A DNA stretch of 64,000 bases from Escherichia phage JEP8, in the sequence record MT764208.1; one strand, 5' to 3'. Below, piece after piece: positions 37,745-46,881 of the stretch. Below the pieces are notes generated by a model that was given only the letters and a program-made list of their open reading frames with translations, was not told where the DNA came from and did no database searches. Made by a program: the position numbers and the translations under genes. Positions within the stretch are counted from its first letter, which is position 1; every line of letters begins with the position of its first letter.

Positions 37745-38221
37745 TTATTTTTCTTGATGCTCGCGCTCGTACTTTTCGAAATAAAATTCTACTGGCTGGT
37801 CATGAATTGACAGCAAGCCAAAGCGTTTAGCCGCTCGCAATCCCATATTGCGCTGAATGTACTTCTGGAAGTTCTCGCGTATACACTTACGCCAGTATTC
37901 TAAGCCCATACAGCTTTTATAAAGATTGCATTGCACACACGCCGGATTCATGTTATCAAGTATATCATGCTCCGGTTTATGCATTCCTACGACCTTATAC
38001 TTCCACAATCCATCATCATTACGGGCAATTCGTCCATTTTCATCATAGACTACCTTTGAGCGTCGCAATACTGGTTTGATGTGGTCTGCGTGCCAGCGAT
38101 CCCCTAGTTCCTCGCCACAATAGGCACAACGTCCACCGTATTTCATTTTCAGGATCTGGCGTTGCTCTTTCTTTGACAATTTTTTAGGTTTAGGGGCTTT
38201 CGCCCCTTCATTATCACACAT
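37745..38221 (-). mobile_element. free-standing HNH endonuclease (putative homing endonuclease) gene
   Basis: 158 aa; HNH signature …GRCAYCGEEL…WHADHIKPV…DNMNPACVQCN…; sits between DNA ligase and the hyperplastic small-gene region. Confidence 0.7.
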
Positions 38222-39710
38222 CGAATACCTCTTTTACTGTATTTGCAGTGGTCTTGTCGTAGCGAATACGTTTGATGATTGGGAGAAATAAAGAGAACTC
38301 CGGTTCATCTTCTTTACGTGATTTGCTGCGAATGTACCCGTTGCATGTCATCTCAATGACTTTTCCAATCAGGTTATGACGGTCAGCCCATAACATTTCT
38401 CGGTCGAGTTCATTTCGACTATCGAACGGAATTACACGTTCGATACCATCATCACCTTTTTCGGTTGTGGTGTCGGTCAATCCCGATCCGGTGTTAGTCA
38501 TCATTCGTCCGCACGCACTACGGACAGTAAAACCGCCTACCTTATTAGGATCTTTACTATGCGGATATACATCAACAATTTCCGCGTCGAAGTCAATCAC
38601 TTCTTTAAATTTAACCTGATCTTTACTGCGACGATCTTCAAATACACCATGCAGATTTTTAAGGATAATACCTTCTAATCCCATGTTTACATAGCGATGA
38701 TATACTTCGCGAGCTTCATCGAGATTGTTAACTACGGTATTTTCGATTATCTGAACACGAGGATCGTTAAGTTCTTCAACAATCTGTTTTAGTTCTTCGA
38801 ATCGATCTTTATACTGCTTCGTTGCTTTCTCGTTACCGTAGTACACATCACGGTCGATAACATCCCAGACAGTGTAAACAATACATTGGGCTTCTTCTTT
38901 TGGAATAGTTCCTTTCAGTGATTTGTTGAGGATACCATTTCCGGTCTGACGATCTGCAACAACGGATTCTTTCACTGCTTCCGCTACTGGCGTTAATGGC
39001 ATTTCCTCTTCTTCAAATATCCATGACAGAGTACCATCATAAACGCTCTCAACGAAGTTCTGCGCTGGTGTTTGCGAAAGGGTAGGCATATATACCAATT
39101 CGCCATCTAGAACAATTCCACGGCCTCGTAGACGCTCTAAAACCGCAAACAAATCATCAAGCCCTTGATAGGTATTACCTGAGCGGGTATAGATTGCTAA
39201 TGTTTCCCCGTCAATATCAGCCATACCACGAGCGCCATCGCTTTTAAGTTGTGCATACGCCGGATACTTGATATTAGCAATAGTCTTATCAGAACATGAC
39301 GATGCAAGGTGGCACGGTTGCTGAGGGATCAGTTTCTTCCATACCTTGTTTGCAGTGGTAGCGGAACAGCCGCATTCCAGATCACGATTCAGGACCATCA
39401 TTGCAACTTTAGCATCATCCTCTGACAAGCAAGTCAGAGTATCGGTAACTAGTTGTAATGCTGCATTACCAGTTACTTGACGCGTGGCAAGTTTATTTTT
39501 AAAGACCTGTAATGCACCGGATAAAGACAATACAGACGAATAGCGAGATGGTTTATCGTATTTCTTTACGCCAAACGTAACCTGTTTGCAATATGCCAGA
39601 TAAAAGCATTCTTTCAGCGTTTCATTGCTCGCGGATTCTTTCAGAATCTTTTCTTTCAGCGATGTTTTGTCTGTTGCTGCAAGCTGATTAATGATATTAA
39701 GAATTGACAT
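38214..39710 (-). CDS. 30: ATP-dependent DNA ligase (gp30-like)
   Basis: start placed at ATG after GAGGTG; adenylation motif KSDGARG and colinear similarity to T4 DNA ligase. Confidence 0.93.
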   Translation of the reverse strand: MSILNIINQLAATDKTSLKEKILKESASNETLKECFYLAYCKQVTFGVKKYDKPSRYSSVLSLSGALQVFKNKLATRQVTGNAALQLVTDTLTCLSEDDAKVAMMVLNRDLECGCSATTANKVWKKLIPQQPCHLASSCSDKTIANIKYPAYAQLKSDGARGMADIDGETLAIYTRSGNTYQGLDDLFAVLERLRGRGIVLDGELVYMPTLSQTPAQNFVESVYDGTLSWIFEEEEMPLTPVAEAVKESVVADRQTGNGILNKSLKGTIPKEEAQCIVYTVWDVIDRDVYYGNEKATKQYKDRFEELKQIVEELNDPRVQIIENTVVNNLDEAREVYHRYVNMGLEGIILKNLHGVFEDRRSKDQVKFKEVIDFDAEIVDVYPHSKDPNKVGGFTVRSACGRMMTNTGSGLTDTTTEKGDDGIERVIPFDSRNELDREMLWADRHNLIGKVIEMTCNGYIRSKSRKEDEPEFSLFLPIIKRIRYDKTTANTVKEVFDV

Positions 39711-40176
39711 TTTCACCTCGTTTTGTTAAACGTTCACGAATATCATTGAGGATACTACAAAATTCCGATTCAGTCAATATAGTCTTTAACGGATCAGTTC
39801 CACCTATACTATGACGCAATTTCTTATTTCCGGTAGCGAGTAATGCTTTACAAAATTCTGGGTTATTCCGTGCCATCGTAACAAATGCCAGATGTACCAG
39901 TCTGTAATAATGCTCACTCATTCGATGAATCGGGCGACCCTGAAAATATAACATGTGATTCTCTATCTTTTCGGTCCTTCCGGTTCTTTTTGCTTTGCCA
40001 CCGTGCATCAAAAAGATTTCTCTTTGTCTCTGAGGGTTCTTAAATCTTAGCCCCTGTAAAAATCCTTCTGTGCTGTTAATATCGCAACCAAATAGACGGA
40101 ATGGTCTTTTATTGAAATTACTCAATTCACCCGATGGATAAGGTCCACCCGCATAGATATCAATTTCAGAAGTCAT
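39697..40176 (-). CDS. NADAR-domain (YbiA-like, DUF1768) protein
   Basis: 159 aa; …GELSNFNKRPFRLFGCDINSTEGFLQGLRFK… fits the NADAR signature; coordinates from ORF track. Confidence 0.6.
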   Translation of the reverse strand: MTSEIDIYAGGPYPSGELSNFNKRPFRLFGCDINSTEGFLQGLRFKNPQRQREIFLMHGGKAKRTGRTEKIENHMLYFQGRPIHRMSEHYYRLVHLAFVTMARNNPEFCKALLATGNKKLRHSIGGTDPLKTILTESEFCSILNDIRERLTKRGENVNS

Positions 40177-40371
40177 TGAAACTAATCTCGCTAATCAGAG
40201 AGAACGGATCATAATCGTCACTAGGAATATCGATAGTAATCGAGTGAGGGTTTACCCATACACCAAACTGGTCTTCTTCGGTGAATACTTCGGTATGGAT
40301 TTCGTGGATGTTTACATTCATAGTTTTCATAATAAAATTCCTTAATAATCAATAACTTACAAAATCATATA

Positions 40372-40401
40372 GCCAAAATATAGGCGGGATTATTACCCGC
40401 C
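40372..40401 (-). terminator. rho-independent terminator (minus strand) after gene 31
   Basis: GGCGGG…CCCGCC hairpin followed on minus-strand RNA by UAUAUUUU. Confidence 0.5.
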
Positions 40402-40412
40402 GTTTAAAATCA

Positions 40413-40736
40413 TTAACCGTAAACTACCACAATATTCTGTTTGTGCGTTACAGTCCATTTCAGGTCGATCTCTTCTTCCTTCTTAACGCCGTTAATAACG
40501 TCTGGATGAGGAACTTTATTCATCTTTCCATGTGGCAGTAAAACAGTTTTACCCAGCAATTCTTTATCTACCGTCTCGCCAATATCAATAATCTTACCTA
40601 CCAGCGGAATCTCACCCATAGTGCGCTTTTGCTCAATAATGATCCCCATAGAGCTTTTTACTTCGGTCCCTGCGCTTTCTGCTTTAGCTTCGATAATTAC
40701 ATAATCACCAAGTGCTTTAGGAGTTTTAACGGTCAT
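40413..40736 (-). CDS. 31: co-chaperonin GroES-like (gp31-like)
   Basis: 107 aa; GroES-like pattern (…DYVIIEAKA…GEIPLVGKIIDIG…); position between ligase region and cd as in T4. Confidence 0.75.
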   Translation of the reverse strand: MTVKTPKALGDYVIIEAKAESAGTEVKSSMGIIIEQKRTMGEIPLVGKIIDIGETVDKELLGKTVLLPHGKMNKVPHPDVINGVKKEEEIDLKWTVTHKQNIVVVYG

Positions 40737-40777
40737 AATTTTATTACCTCTTCAAATCAATACAGTTTAATGATGAA

Positions 40778-40957
40778 TTATTTATAAATTTCGACGATCT
40801 GCGCTGGAGTCAGCCCGTCTACATTAATCAGACTATCAAGCCCAAAACTACGGAAACCTTCAACTGCAATTTCATATACTGGCAAAGATGTTTCTGATTC
40901 TTTACGCGGTTTCTCAACATTCGGAACTAACCACTTTTCGTATGTTTCGAAAGGCAT
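40778..40957 (-). CDS. hypothetical small protein (59 aa; 31.x-like position)
   Basis: ORF MPFETYEKWLVPNVEKPRKE…; start overlaps stop of upstream small ORF (TGATG); approximate. Confidence 0.3.
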   Translation of the reverse strand: MPFETYEKWLVPNVEKPRKESETSLPVYEIAVEGFRSFGLDSLINVDGLTPAQIVEIYK

Positions 40958-41076
40958 CAGTGCCGGATCTCGCGGACAGTACCATCTTTCTTAGTAAACT
41001 GCAAAGAGTGAGTACCGACCGAAAACATTTTCTTTAGTGCTTCACGAAGTGCGATATTATCAATTTGTTCCGTCAT
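40957..41076 (-). CDS. hypothetical small protein (39 aa)
   Basis: ORF MTEQIDNIALREALKKMF… beginning inside the last codons of cd (+1 frame); approximate. Confidence 0.25.
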   Translation of the reverse strand: MTEQIDNIALREALKKMFSVGTHSLQFTKKDGTVREIRH

Positions 41077-41575
41077 TATCAATACCCTTCAAATCAGTCA
41101 ATAATGCTTTTGGAATACGCGTAACCGTAATATCGGCATTATTCAGAATATCAGCCCAATCACGCCCACCATTTCGATCATATGTGTCGCAGTAATATAT
41201 GTGTTTAATACCACTGTTTGCAATTGCTTTAGCGCAATCTGGACATGGTGAAGCAGTACACCACATACTAGCGCCTTCAATCGACACACCGCTACGGGCA
41301 GCAAACAAAATAGCATTTAATTCAGCGTGGATCTCGTTTTTCTGCGACCATGCACTATGCTCTGGTCGTTTTTCTGGGATCATTTTGCCTTCATCATCCA
41401 GCCAACCGCTTTTATGTGCATGACAGCTACAGTTTTCTTGCCCTGCTGGAGTGCCGTTAAATCCAGTAGAAATGATTCGCCCGTCTTTTTCGATCAGTGC
41501 GCCTACCTTCCACGAAACACATTTAGAGTTCTTTGCGATTAGATAAGCGATCTGCATGTAAGTTTGTGACAACAT
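41060..41575 (-). CDS. cd: dCMP deaminase
   Basis: 171 aa; zinc-binding deaminase motifs …HAELNAILFAA… and …CTASPCPDCAKAI…. Confidence 0.9.
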   Translation of the reverse strand: MLSQTYMQIAYLIAKNSKCVSWKVGALIEKDGRIISTGFNGTPAGQENCSCHAHKSGWLDDEGKMIPEKRPEHSAWSQKNEIHAELNAILFAARSGVSIEGASMWCTASPCPDCAKAIANSGIKHIYYCDTYDRNGGRDWADILNNADITVTRIPKALLTDLKGIDNDGTN

Positions 41576-41596
41576 AATATAATCCTCACATATTAA

Positions 41597-41800
41597 TTAA
41601 CCGTATACGCGAAAGTATTCTACTGATCCGTCGCTATACTGTTTTACATTGAATGTATTCACACCATGACCATTGCTCATAATGACATATACACTACGAC
41701 GCTCATCGCTAAACGGGTTAACTGGTGCGGGTTCAATTTCAACATTAAAACCACGTTTAGCAAGTGCTTCGCCCAATTGCTTGAGTTTATCGGTAAACAT
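41597..41800 (-). CDS. hypothetical protein (67 aa)
   Basis: small ORF between pseT and cd. Confidence 0.4.
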   Translation of the reverse strand: MFTDKLKQLGEALAKRGFNVEIEPAPVNPFSDERRSVYVIMSNGHGVNTFNVKQYSDGSVEYFRVYG

Positions 41801-42678
41801 TAAAAGTCTCCGTAGTTAACCTGAAAACATTCTACACCAATTGCGCGGTACATGTCAACCACTTGATCACGGTCATCTACTGCCAACACAACATGATAAC
41901 GCGGTGCAATTTCAGAGAAGAAAATCTCTTTCTTCACTTCATGGTCAGGACGACGATCATTAGTTTCACGTTGAAAGTGAACACTAGGTTCAATACCCTG
42001 TTCACGCAACCATTGCAGAGTATCTTCTTCGCAAACATCCTCACGCCCTGAGCATGTAATGATACGATAGCCATTATCACGATACAGTTTAAGCATTTCG
42101 ATCACTTGCGGACGTGGTTTATCTTCTTTGACCTTTGTCCAGTCAAACGGATGACGACCGCCCTTATCCGCTAATGTCCCATCAATATCAAAGATCACTG
42201 CCTTTGGCAGCATGGTATTCGGTTTGTATACTTCTTGACCCATATATTCCTGCATCAGATAAAATTGGTTACGCAAATGAGAAAGTGGGATTGCTTTCTC
42301 TCCACGATAGAAATTACGTTTCTTTAGTGTCTCGAATGATTCATTGAACACTTGTTCAGTATACACCGCGTTAAATTCTTTTGCAAGTTCTTTGTAGAAT
42401 ACACGATGTTTTTCTTTCAGGTTAGTATCAGAGATAATGATACTTAATCCGCGTGATAGAGTCTCACGAGCAATCATTCTCTGAATAGACTCTACCAGCT
42501 TTTCTTTTTCCTTAGTATACTTGTATTTCAAATGTGAGTCAACACCAAACAACATAAGACGAAGGTCATCACGATTAACATTACGATAATTACTAAACCG
42601 TTTACATGTCTCCATAGCCCATGTAGTTTTACCGGACCCAGAACAACCAACGGTTAAAATCACTTCACATTTCGGCAT
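41800..42678 (-). CDS. pseT: polynucleotide 5'-kinase / 3'-phosphatase
   Basis: start placed at MPKCEVILTVGCSGSGKTTW… (P-loop) with ATG overlapping the upstream stop; HAD-type phosphatase motif IFDIDGTLA; matches T4 PseT. Confidence 0.9.
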   Translation of the reverse strand: MPKCEVILTVGCSGSGKTTWAMETCKRFSNYRNVNRDDLRLMLFGVDSHLKYKYTKEKEKLVESIQRMIARETLSRGLSIIISDTNLKEKHRVFYKELAKEFNAVYTEQVFNESFETLKKRNFYRGEKAIPLSHLRNQFYLMQEYMGQEVYKPNTMLPKAVIFDIDGTLADKGGRHPFDWTKVKEDKPRPQVIEMLKLYRDNGYRIITCSGREDVCEEDTLQWLREQGIEPSVHFQRETNDRRPDHEVKKEIFFSEIAPRYHVVLAVDDRDQVVDMYRAIGVECFQVNYGDF

Positions 42679-43130
42679 TATTTCTCCTTCGGTTTGCACC
42701 GTTCCTCATTAAGTTCTTTGCGATAATAACACATGATCAACTTACTTTCAAGTGTATATCTCTTAATATCCGCAAGCCAGACTCTGAATTTTTGGGAGTC
42801 CTCCCACGACATAGAAACTCTAGGTTTACCGTCTATTGTATCCACTTTCAGGTCAATGTCAACTTTTTCTATTGGTGCTGGTAGTGGAGGATGTAATTTC
42901 GGTTCCTGTGAATAATAGTCCATTGTACACGAAGAAAGCGCAAATACAATAGGCACAGCGAAGACATGGATTATGGCGGTCTGAAAATTCTTATGTGCTT
43001 TCTTAAACATCCAGTGTATCACGAAAATTGAAAACACCATCAGGATAATAATGCTTGCACCTATCCACAGATAATCAACCAGATTAAAATGGCTTATCTG
43101 CTCTTGTGTAGGCAATATTTCTATGCTCAT
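42678..43130 (-). CDS. putative o-spanin (outer-membrane lipoprotein)
   Basis: contains signal-peptide-like MFKKAHKNFQTAIIHVFAVPIVFALSSC with lipobox LSSC; true start ambiguous (ATGA-coupled M1 at 43130 versus internal Met about 43010). Confidence 0.45.
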   Translation of the reverse strand: MSIEILPTQEQISHFNLVDYLWIGASIIILMVFSIFVIHWMFKKAHKNFQTAIIHVFAVPIVFALSSCTMDYYSQEPKLHPPLPAPIEKVDIDLKVDTIDGKPRVSMSWEDSQKFRVWLADIKRYTLESKLIMCYYRKELNEERCKPKEK

Positions 43131-43450
43131 TTAGTAGCCTCCTTTAATTCTTCGGTAAACTCCTTAAATGAGTCATTAAGCTGTTTCTCTACCAACTTGG
43201 GTTTTTGTGCGACTACATAGCCTCGTGTAGCGTCTTTCATTGCTTTGTTTTGTTCTTCTGCAAACTTAGTTCTTATCCCGTACATCTCCTTTTGTAGTGA
43301 GTCTACGACCTTCATCTTTTCATCTGTCTTTTTCTTATACTCTGTAAATTCCTGATTCAGTCGATCTACCTCCTTTTTATTTTCCCACCACATATTTCCA
43401 CCTACCCCCAGCAACACAGAGATGATAACAATGTATATCAGCTTTGACAT
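43127..43450 (-). CDS. putative i-spanin (N-terminal TM helix plus coiled coil)
   Basis: start placed at MSKLIYIVIISVLLGVGG…; K/E-rich helical C-terminal part; position equivalent to T4 pseT.3. Confidence 0.5.
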   Translation of the reverse strand: MSKLIYIVIISVLLGVGGNMWWENKKEVDRLNQEFTEYKKKTDEKMKVVDSLQKEMYGIRTKFAEEQNKAMKDATRGYVVAQKPKLVEKQLNDSFKEFTEELKEATK

Positions 43451-43461
43451 ATTACCCCCAA

Positions 43462-43488
43462 CGACAAAAGGCGGGGAACTAGCCCCGC
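43462..43488 (-). terminator. stem-loop / weak terminator between rnlA and the spanin genes
   Basis: GCGGGG-aactag-CCCCGC followed on minus RNA by CUUUUG. Confidence 0.4.
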
Positions 43489-43494
43489 TTATTA

Positions 43495-44664
43495 TTACCA
43501 ATCAATCTTATCAGCCGGAATCAGTTTCTTATAATTCCGTAGATAGTAAGTTTTCATTGAATCCAGAATACGGTCATAATCAAGACCATCAAATGCAATC
43601 ATCAGACACATGAAAATATATGCTTGTGCATCACCATGTTTACGCGATTCGATAGTCGCATTGGATGCATATGTCTTTCTATCTTCACCCGCGTGTGCGT
43701 TATAAAACTCTGTTGCTGTCGTAAAGGCATTGCGAAGAATAGACCTGAATGCTTCCTCGAATAGCTCGATTCGTTCCAGTGCTTCCGGTTCGCCTTCATA
43801 TGCAGCACGCAAATCATCGGTTTCGCTTTCTACGACATAGTAGATCAGGTTATTAGGAAACATCGATGTGTTTTTAATGTTATGCACACCAATATACCAT
43901 TCACTCTTCACTTTGAACAGTTGACCGTCTTTAGTGCGTGCAACAATTCCTTCGATACCTTCTGCGGTCCGAACTTCATCAAGAATATTGCTAAAACGCG
44001 CTGAATCAACCTGTAACGCATTTACCAGATGAGGACGTAGGATTGAATCGGCGAATAGCATTTGATGCGGTACATACTCTCCTGTGACGTTATGGCGTAC
44101 ATTCAGAAGTGTTAGCGACGGTTCAGAATATTCTACAACAATTCGGTTGCTGGGTGCTGTATATTCAAAGTTGAAAGTATAATCAGACCCAATATCGGCG
44201 ATCTTAGCGCGTAGATCCGCATACTTCTCGGAATACAGAAGACCGTTTGCTCTCTCTGCCTGGCTTGAGTATAAGGCCGCTTTAGACTTCAACTGAACAT
44301 AGCCGTTATCAATGTATGTGCTTACTAGACTACCGTCCATTTTGTCCATGACCATTTCCACATCTTCCGGCTTAAAGCGAGCGCGATCATTCTCGCCTAA
44401 ATTAAAAAACTTCTCCATAGGACGAGATGCAATGCGGACCGGACTACCTTTATCGTCAATTTCAAACATGATCCCGCGACACTCTAACGCATCTGGTTTA
44501 TTCCACATTTCCGGTTTGCTCAAGTACAGATAACTAAAAATGCGCATACGGGTTTGCATCGCCGTAATTTCATCTTTGTAATAGAACGTATCAGATCCGT
44601 CACATAGTGCCATCAGATTTTTGAACAATGCTAAAACTTTTTTGTTGTTTTCTTTTGTTGACAT
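43495..44664 (-). CDS. rnlA: RNA ligase 1 (gp63-like)
   Basis: 389 aa; …PDALECRGIMFE…VRIASRPMEKFFNLGEN… and adenylation-lysine context KMDGSL match T4 Rnl1. Confidence 0.9.
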   Translation of the reverse strand: MSTKENNKKVLALFKNLMALCDGSDTFYYKDEITAMQTRMRIFSYLYLSKPEMWNKPDALECRGIMFEIDDKGSPVRIASRPMEKFFNLGENDRARFKPEDVEMVMDKMDGSLVSTYIDNGYVQLKSKAALYSSQAERANGLLYSEKYADLRAKIADIGSDYTFNFEYTAPSNRIVVEYSEPSLTLLNVRHNVTGEYVPHQMLFADSILRPHLVNALQVDSARFSNILDEVRTAEGIEGIVARTKDGQLFKVKSEWYIGVHNIKNTSMFPNNLIYYVVESETDDLRAAYEGEPEALERIELFEEAFRSILRNAFTTATEFYNAHAGEDRKTYASNATIESRKHGDAQAYIFMCLMIAFDGLDYDRILDSMKTYYLRNYKKLIPADKIDW

Positions 44665-45061
44665 AATTTGTGTTCCATTCTGGTTTAAATTTTGTGATCA
44701 AAACAGGTTCTTCGATATCGGCAGTGCTTATAATATCCTTACCCGTTGGATTCTCAATATATAACTCAAAGCACTGGCGGTAATAGAATGTTACTGTCTT
44801 ACCTTCCTCTAGCGCCTTATGAATATTCTTACTCTTGCGAGTATCCGCTGTTGGTGTTTGTCTGTTAATGCTAGTCCGGTAATAGTTGATCCGCTTTCTG
44901 AGATTGACAGTCTGACCAATGTATACCAGTTCATCATCAACTACAATAGCGTAAAGAACATTTAAACGGTTCTTCTGAGGCGGCAGAATCACATCACCAT
45001 CTTTACACTCTAAACATGAATATTTAACGAATCCATAGTTTTCTATTAGCTCATTAATCAT
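44600..45061 (-). CDS. denA: endonuclease II (GIY-YIG family)
   Basis: 153 aa; …NVLYAIVVDDELVYIGQTVNLRKRINYYRTSINR… closely matches T4 EndoII; overlaps rnlA start by about 65 nt. Confidence 0.85.
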   Translation of the reverse strand: MINELIENYGFVKYSCLECKDGDVILPPQKNRLNVLYAIVVDDELVYIGQTVNLRKRINYYRTSINRQTPTADTRKSKNIHKALEEGKTVTFYYRQCFELYIENPTGKDIISTADIEEPVLITKFKPEWNTNYVNKRKQQKSFSIVQKSDGTM

Positions 45062-45075
45062 TATCCTTTCCTCAC

Positions 45076-45104
45076 GTCACAACAAAGGCGGGATTTCTCC
45101 CGCC
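45076..45104 (-). terminator. rho-independent terminator (minus strand)
   Basis: GGCGGGA-tttc-TCCCGCC followed on minus RNA by CUUUGUUGUG. Confidence 0.45.
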
Positions 45105-45111
45105 CACCTTA

Positions 45112-45510
45112 TTAACTTTCCAGAATATCGCGAGCTTCGTTACGCTCCTTGATGATTTTCAGGACAAATTCCAGTTTTTCTTTGTTCAGTGTTCCATTTT
45201 CCATTGCTTCTTTGACGGTAAACACTCCGCCACCTTGCCCGTATACAGTGACAGTGATTTCACCTAACATCGTAGTATGAAAACCGCCAATTTTCGGTGA
45301 TTCGAAAGAAACAATTACCTCGCGGACAGTATTACCGTCGTTGATTTCTGAGAGGGTAATGTCGTTTTTGTAGGCGGTTGCTTTAACCATACGGATCAGC
45401 ATAGTCTGATCTGGGGAGATGGTCATTTTGTCCATTGCATGTTGCAATGCAGCGTAACCGAAAACTTTAACGAAGTCCAGAACGTCTTTGCGAGTTTGAA
45501 ATTTAATCAT
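45112..45510 (-). CDS. hypothetical protein (132 aa)
   Basis: ORF behind a PeSL-type promoter. Confidence 0.45.
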   Translation of the reverse strand: MIKFQTRKDVLDFVKVFGYAALQHAMDKMTISPDQTMLIRMVKATAYKNDITLSEINDGNTVREVIVSFESPKIGGFHTTMLGEITVTVYGQGGGVFTVKEAMENGTLNKEKLEFVLKIIKERNEARDILES

Positions 45511-45543
45511 CTTGATACTCCTTAGTTGTTTTGGTATGGGAGT

Positions 45544-45572
45544 ATCTTACTACTCCCGTGATATGCTGTCAA
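45544..45572 (-). promoter_or_regulatory. PeSL-type early promoter (TTGACA-N17-TAAGAT)
   Basis: minus-strand; GGGAGTA…TACTCCC inverted repeat spans the -10; approximate. Confidence 0.45.
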
Positions 45573-45582
45573 CTGCTTTTTT

Positions 45583-45732
45583 ATGCAACCGCAAACATCA
45601 ACATTTGAACATTCTTGGCTGTCTGGCTTTCAAAGTTCTGACATTCTTTGATAATGTCCTCTACTTTCTCGCCGGAGAACTCCGCGTAAATTTCGATTGC
45701 CATTTTCAGTACCGCGTCAAAGTTGTTCATTT
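45583..45732 (-). CDS. hypothetical small protein (49 aa)
   Basis: ORF MNNFDAVLKMAIEIYAEF… behind PeSL promoter; not in ORF track; approximate. Confidence 0.3.
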
Positions 45733-45768
45733 GATTCTCCTTAAAGTGTATTTCGTTTCGATGGGGGT

Positions 45769-45797
45769 ATATTACTATCCCCGTTTCATGCTGTCAA
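45769..45797 (-). promoter_or_regulatory. PeSL-type early promoter (TTGACA-N17-TAATAT)
   Basis: minus-strand; approximate. Confidence 0.45.
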
Positions 45798-46016
45798 CTA
45801 CTTTTTAATGACAAGTTCGAATTTTGCTACCTTGCGTCCTCGTTTATTGAAAGCAACCCACGGACGGTTTTCAATGTAGAACAATTCTTCACCAATAATG
45901 AATATTGGCTGATTGTAAAGGCGACCCATCAGGTCACGCTGGCGAATGGTAGTAGATTCGTATACTTCGCCTACTACAAAGTGTTTGCTGATAGAGTCGG
46001 TGCAAGTAAATTTCAT
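45798..46016 (-). CDS. hypothetical protein (72 aa)
   Basis: ORF behind PeSL promoter. Confidence 0.4.
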   Translation of the reverse strand: MKFTCTDSISKHFVVGEVYESTTIRQRDLMGRLYNQPIFIIGEELFYIENRPWVAFNKRGRKVAKFELVIKK

Positions 46017-46049
46017 TTTGATTCTCCTTTGTTTCGTTTCGATGGGAGT

Positions 46050-46078
46050 ATCTTACTACCCCCGTTATTCAGTGTCAA
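46050..46078 (-). promoter_or_regulatory. PeSL-type early promoter (TTGACA-N17-TAAGAT)
   Basis: minus-strand; approximate. Confidence 0.45.
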
Positions 46079-46085
46079 CTACTTT

Positions 46086-46304
46086 TTACTTGTTGTATTC
46101 ATTCCACCATTGGGTGAGCTTATCAATTATTTTTGTGTTTCTATCCAACTTCTCCCACCGTTTTCTAGGGTTTATCAACCGGAATAGGTAAGGTGTACTT
46201 GTTAAGTGAATTTGGTCAATGTAGTGATTGATGTACTGCTTTTCGATTCTAAGTTTCATCTTTTTACGATGAAAATATGCAATGACTTGTTCTTCTGTTT
46301 CCAT
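46086..46304 (-). CDS. hypothetical protein (72 aa)
   Basis: ORF behind PeSL promoter. Confidence 0.4.
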   Translation of the reverse strand: METEEQVIAYFHRKKMKLRIEKQYINHYIDQIHLTSTPYLFRLINPRKRWEKLDRNTKIIDKLTQWWNEYNK

Positions 46305-46328
46305 ATGTTCCTCCGTTTCGATGTGTGT

Positions 46329-46357
46329 ATTATGCTATGGCAAGATCAGATTGTCAA
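46329..46357 (-). promoter_or_regulatory. PeSL-type early promoter (TTGACA-N17-CATAAT)
   Basis: minus-strand; approximate. Confidence 0.5.
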
Positions 46358-46404
46358 CACCCAATAACAAAAAAGTCGCCATTATGGGCGACTTTGAACA
46401 AACA

Positions 46405-46881
46405 TTAATCATGACCGTGATTTGCAATATCCGCTCGCGTCTTATCTTTGTGATTTCCTACGTCAAAGACACGATAACCATTTTCACGCAAAACTTTAAT
46501 CACTTCTGGGTTATCCTCAAAGACTCCGACAACTTCATCTTTATCAAAGGATTTAATTACCTCTAATTTGATGTGATAGTCTTTACGGGAATCGGTACGG
46601 CCTCTCATAAAGATTTTATCAAAACACACCCCGTTAGAAATTAACCAATCAATTGTTTCCATGTAAGCATGTGAACTTCGTCCGGTGAGGATGTAAATCA
46701 AATGCCCGTTGTCGGAAAGAGCATTAATAACACGAATTACATCGTAAATGGGGGAATCTCCCCCACATGCCTTGTTATATTCGATCCATGACTCGACTTT
46801 ATCAAGATTTTCGGTTGGCATCTTTGCTAGTCGATGTGTTGGATCTGTGATCGTAAAATCTAAATCGACAAAATATATCAT
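46405..46881 (-). CDS. HAD-superfamily phosphatase-like protein
   Basis: 158 aa; N-terminal FVDLDFTITD (DxD motif I), ILTGRS (motif II), later K and ED motifs; motif-level call. Confidence 0.45.
   Translation of the reverse strand: MIYFVDLDFTITDPTHRLAKMPTENLDKVESWIEYNKACGGDSPIYDVIRVINALSDNGHLIYILTGRSSHAYMETIDWLISNGVCFDKIFMRGRTDSRKDYHIKLEVIKSFDKDEVVGVFEDNPEVIKVLRENGYRVFDVGNHKDKTRADIANHGHD

Noticed and set aside
30227-37745. Regularly recurring GC-rich palindromic elements that could suggest a CRISPR array
   Set aside because: The repeats are promoter modules separated by protein-coding ORFs of very different lengths (170-2000 bp), not short uniform spacers, and there are no cas genes
40780-41080. 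Possible frameshifted pseudogene formed by the two small ORFs between gene 31 and cd
   Set aside because: The two ORFs have a classic TGATG stop-start overlap typical of translational coupling of separate small genes, not the signature of a disrupted single gene
39697-41576. Apparent 1-nt frame inconsistencies when hand-indexing the NADAR gene N-terminus and the cd gene start
   Set aside because: Most likely my own positional miscount within homopolymer runs; the ORF-track coordinates are self-consistent, so no frameshift is claimed
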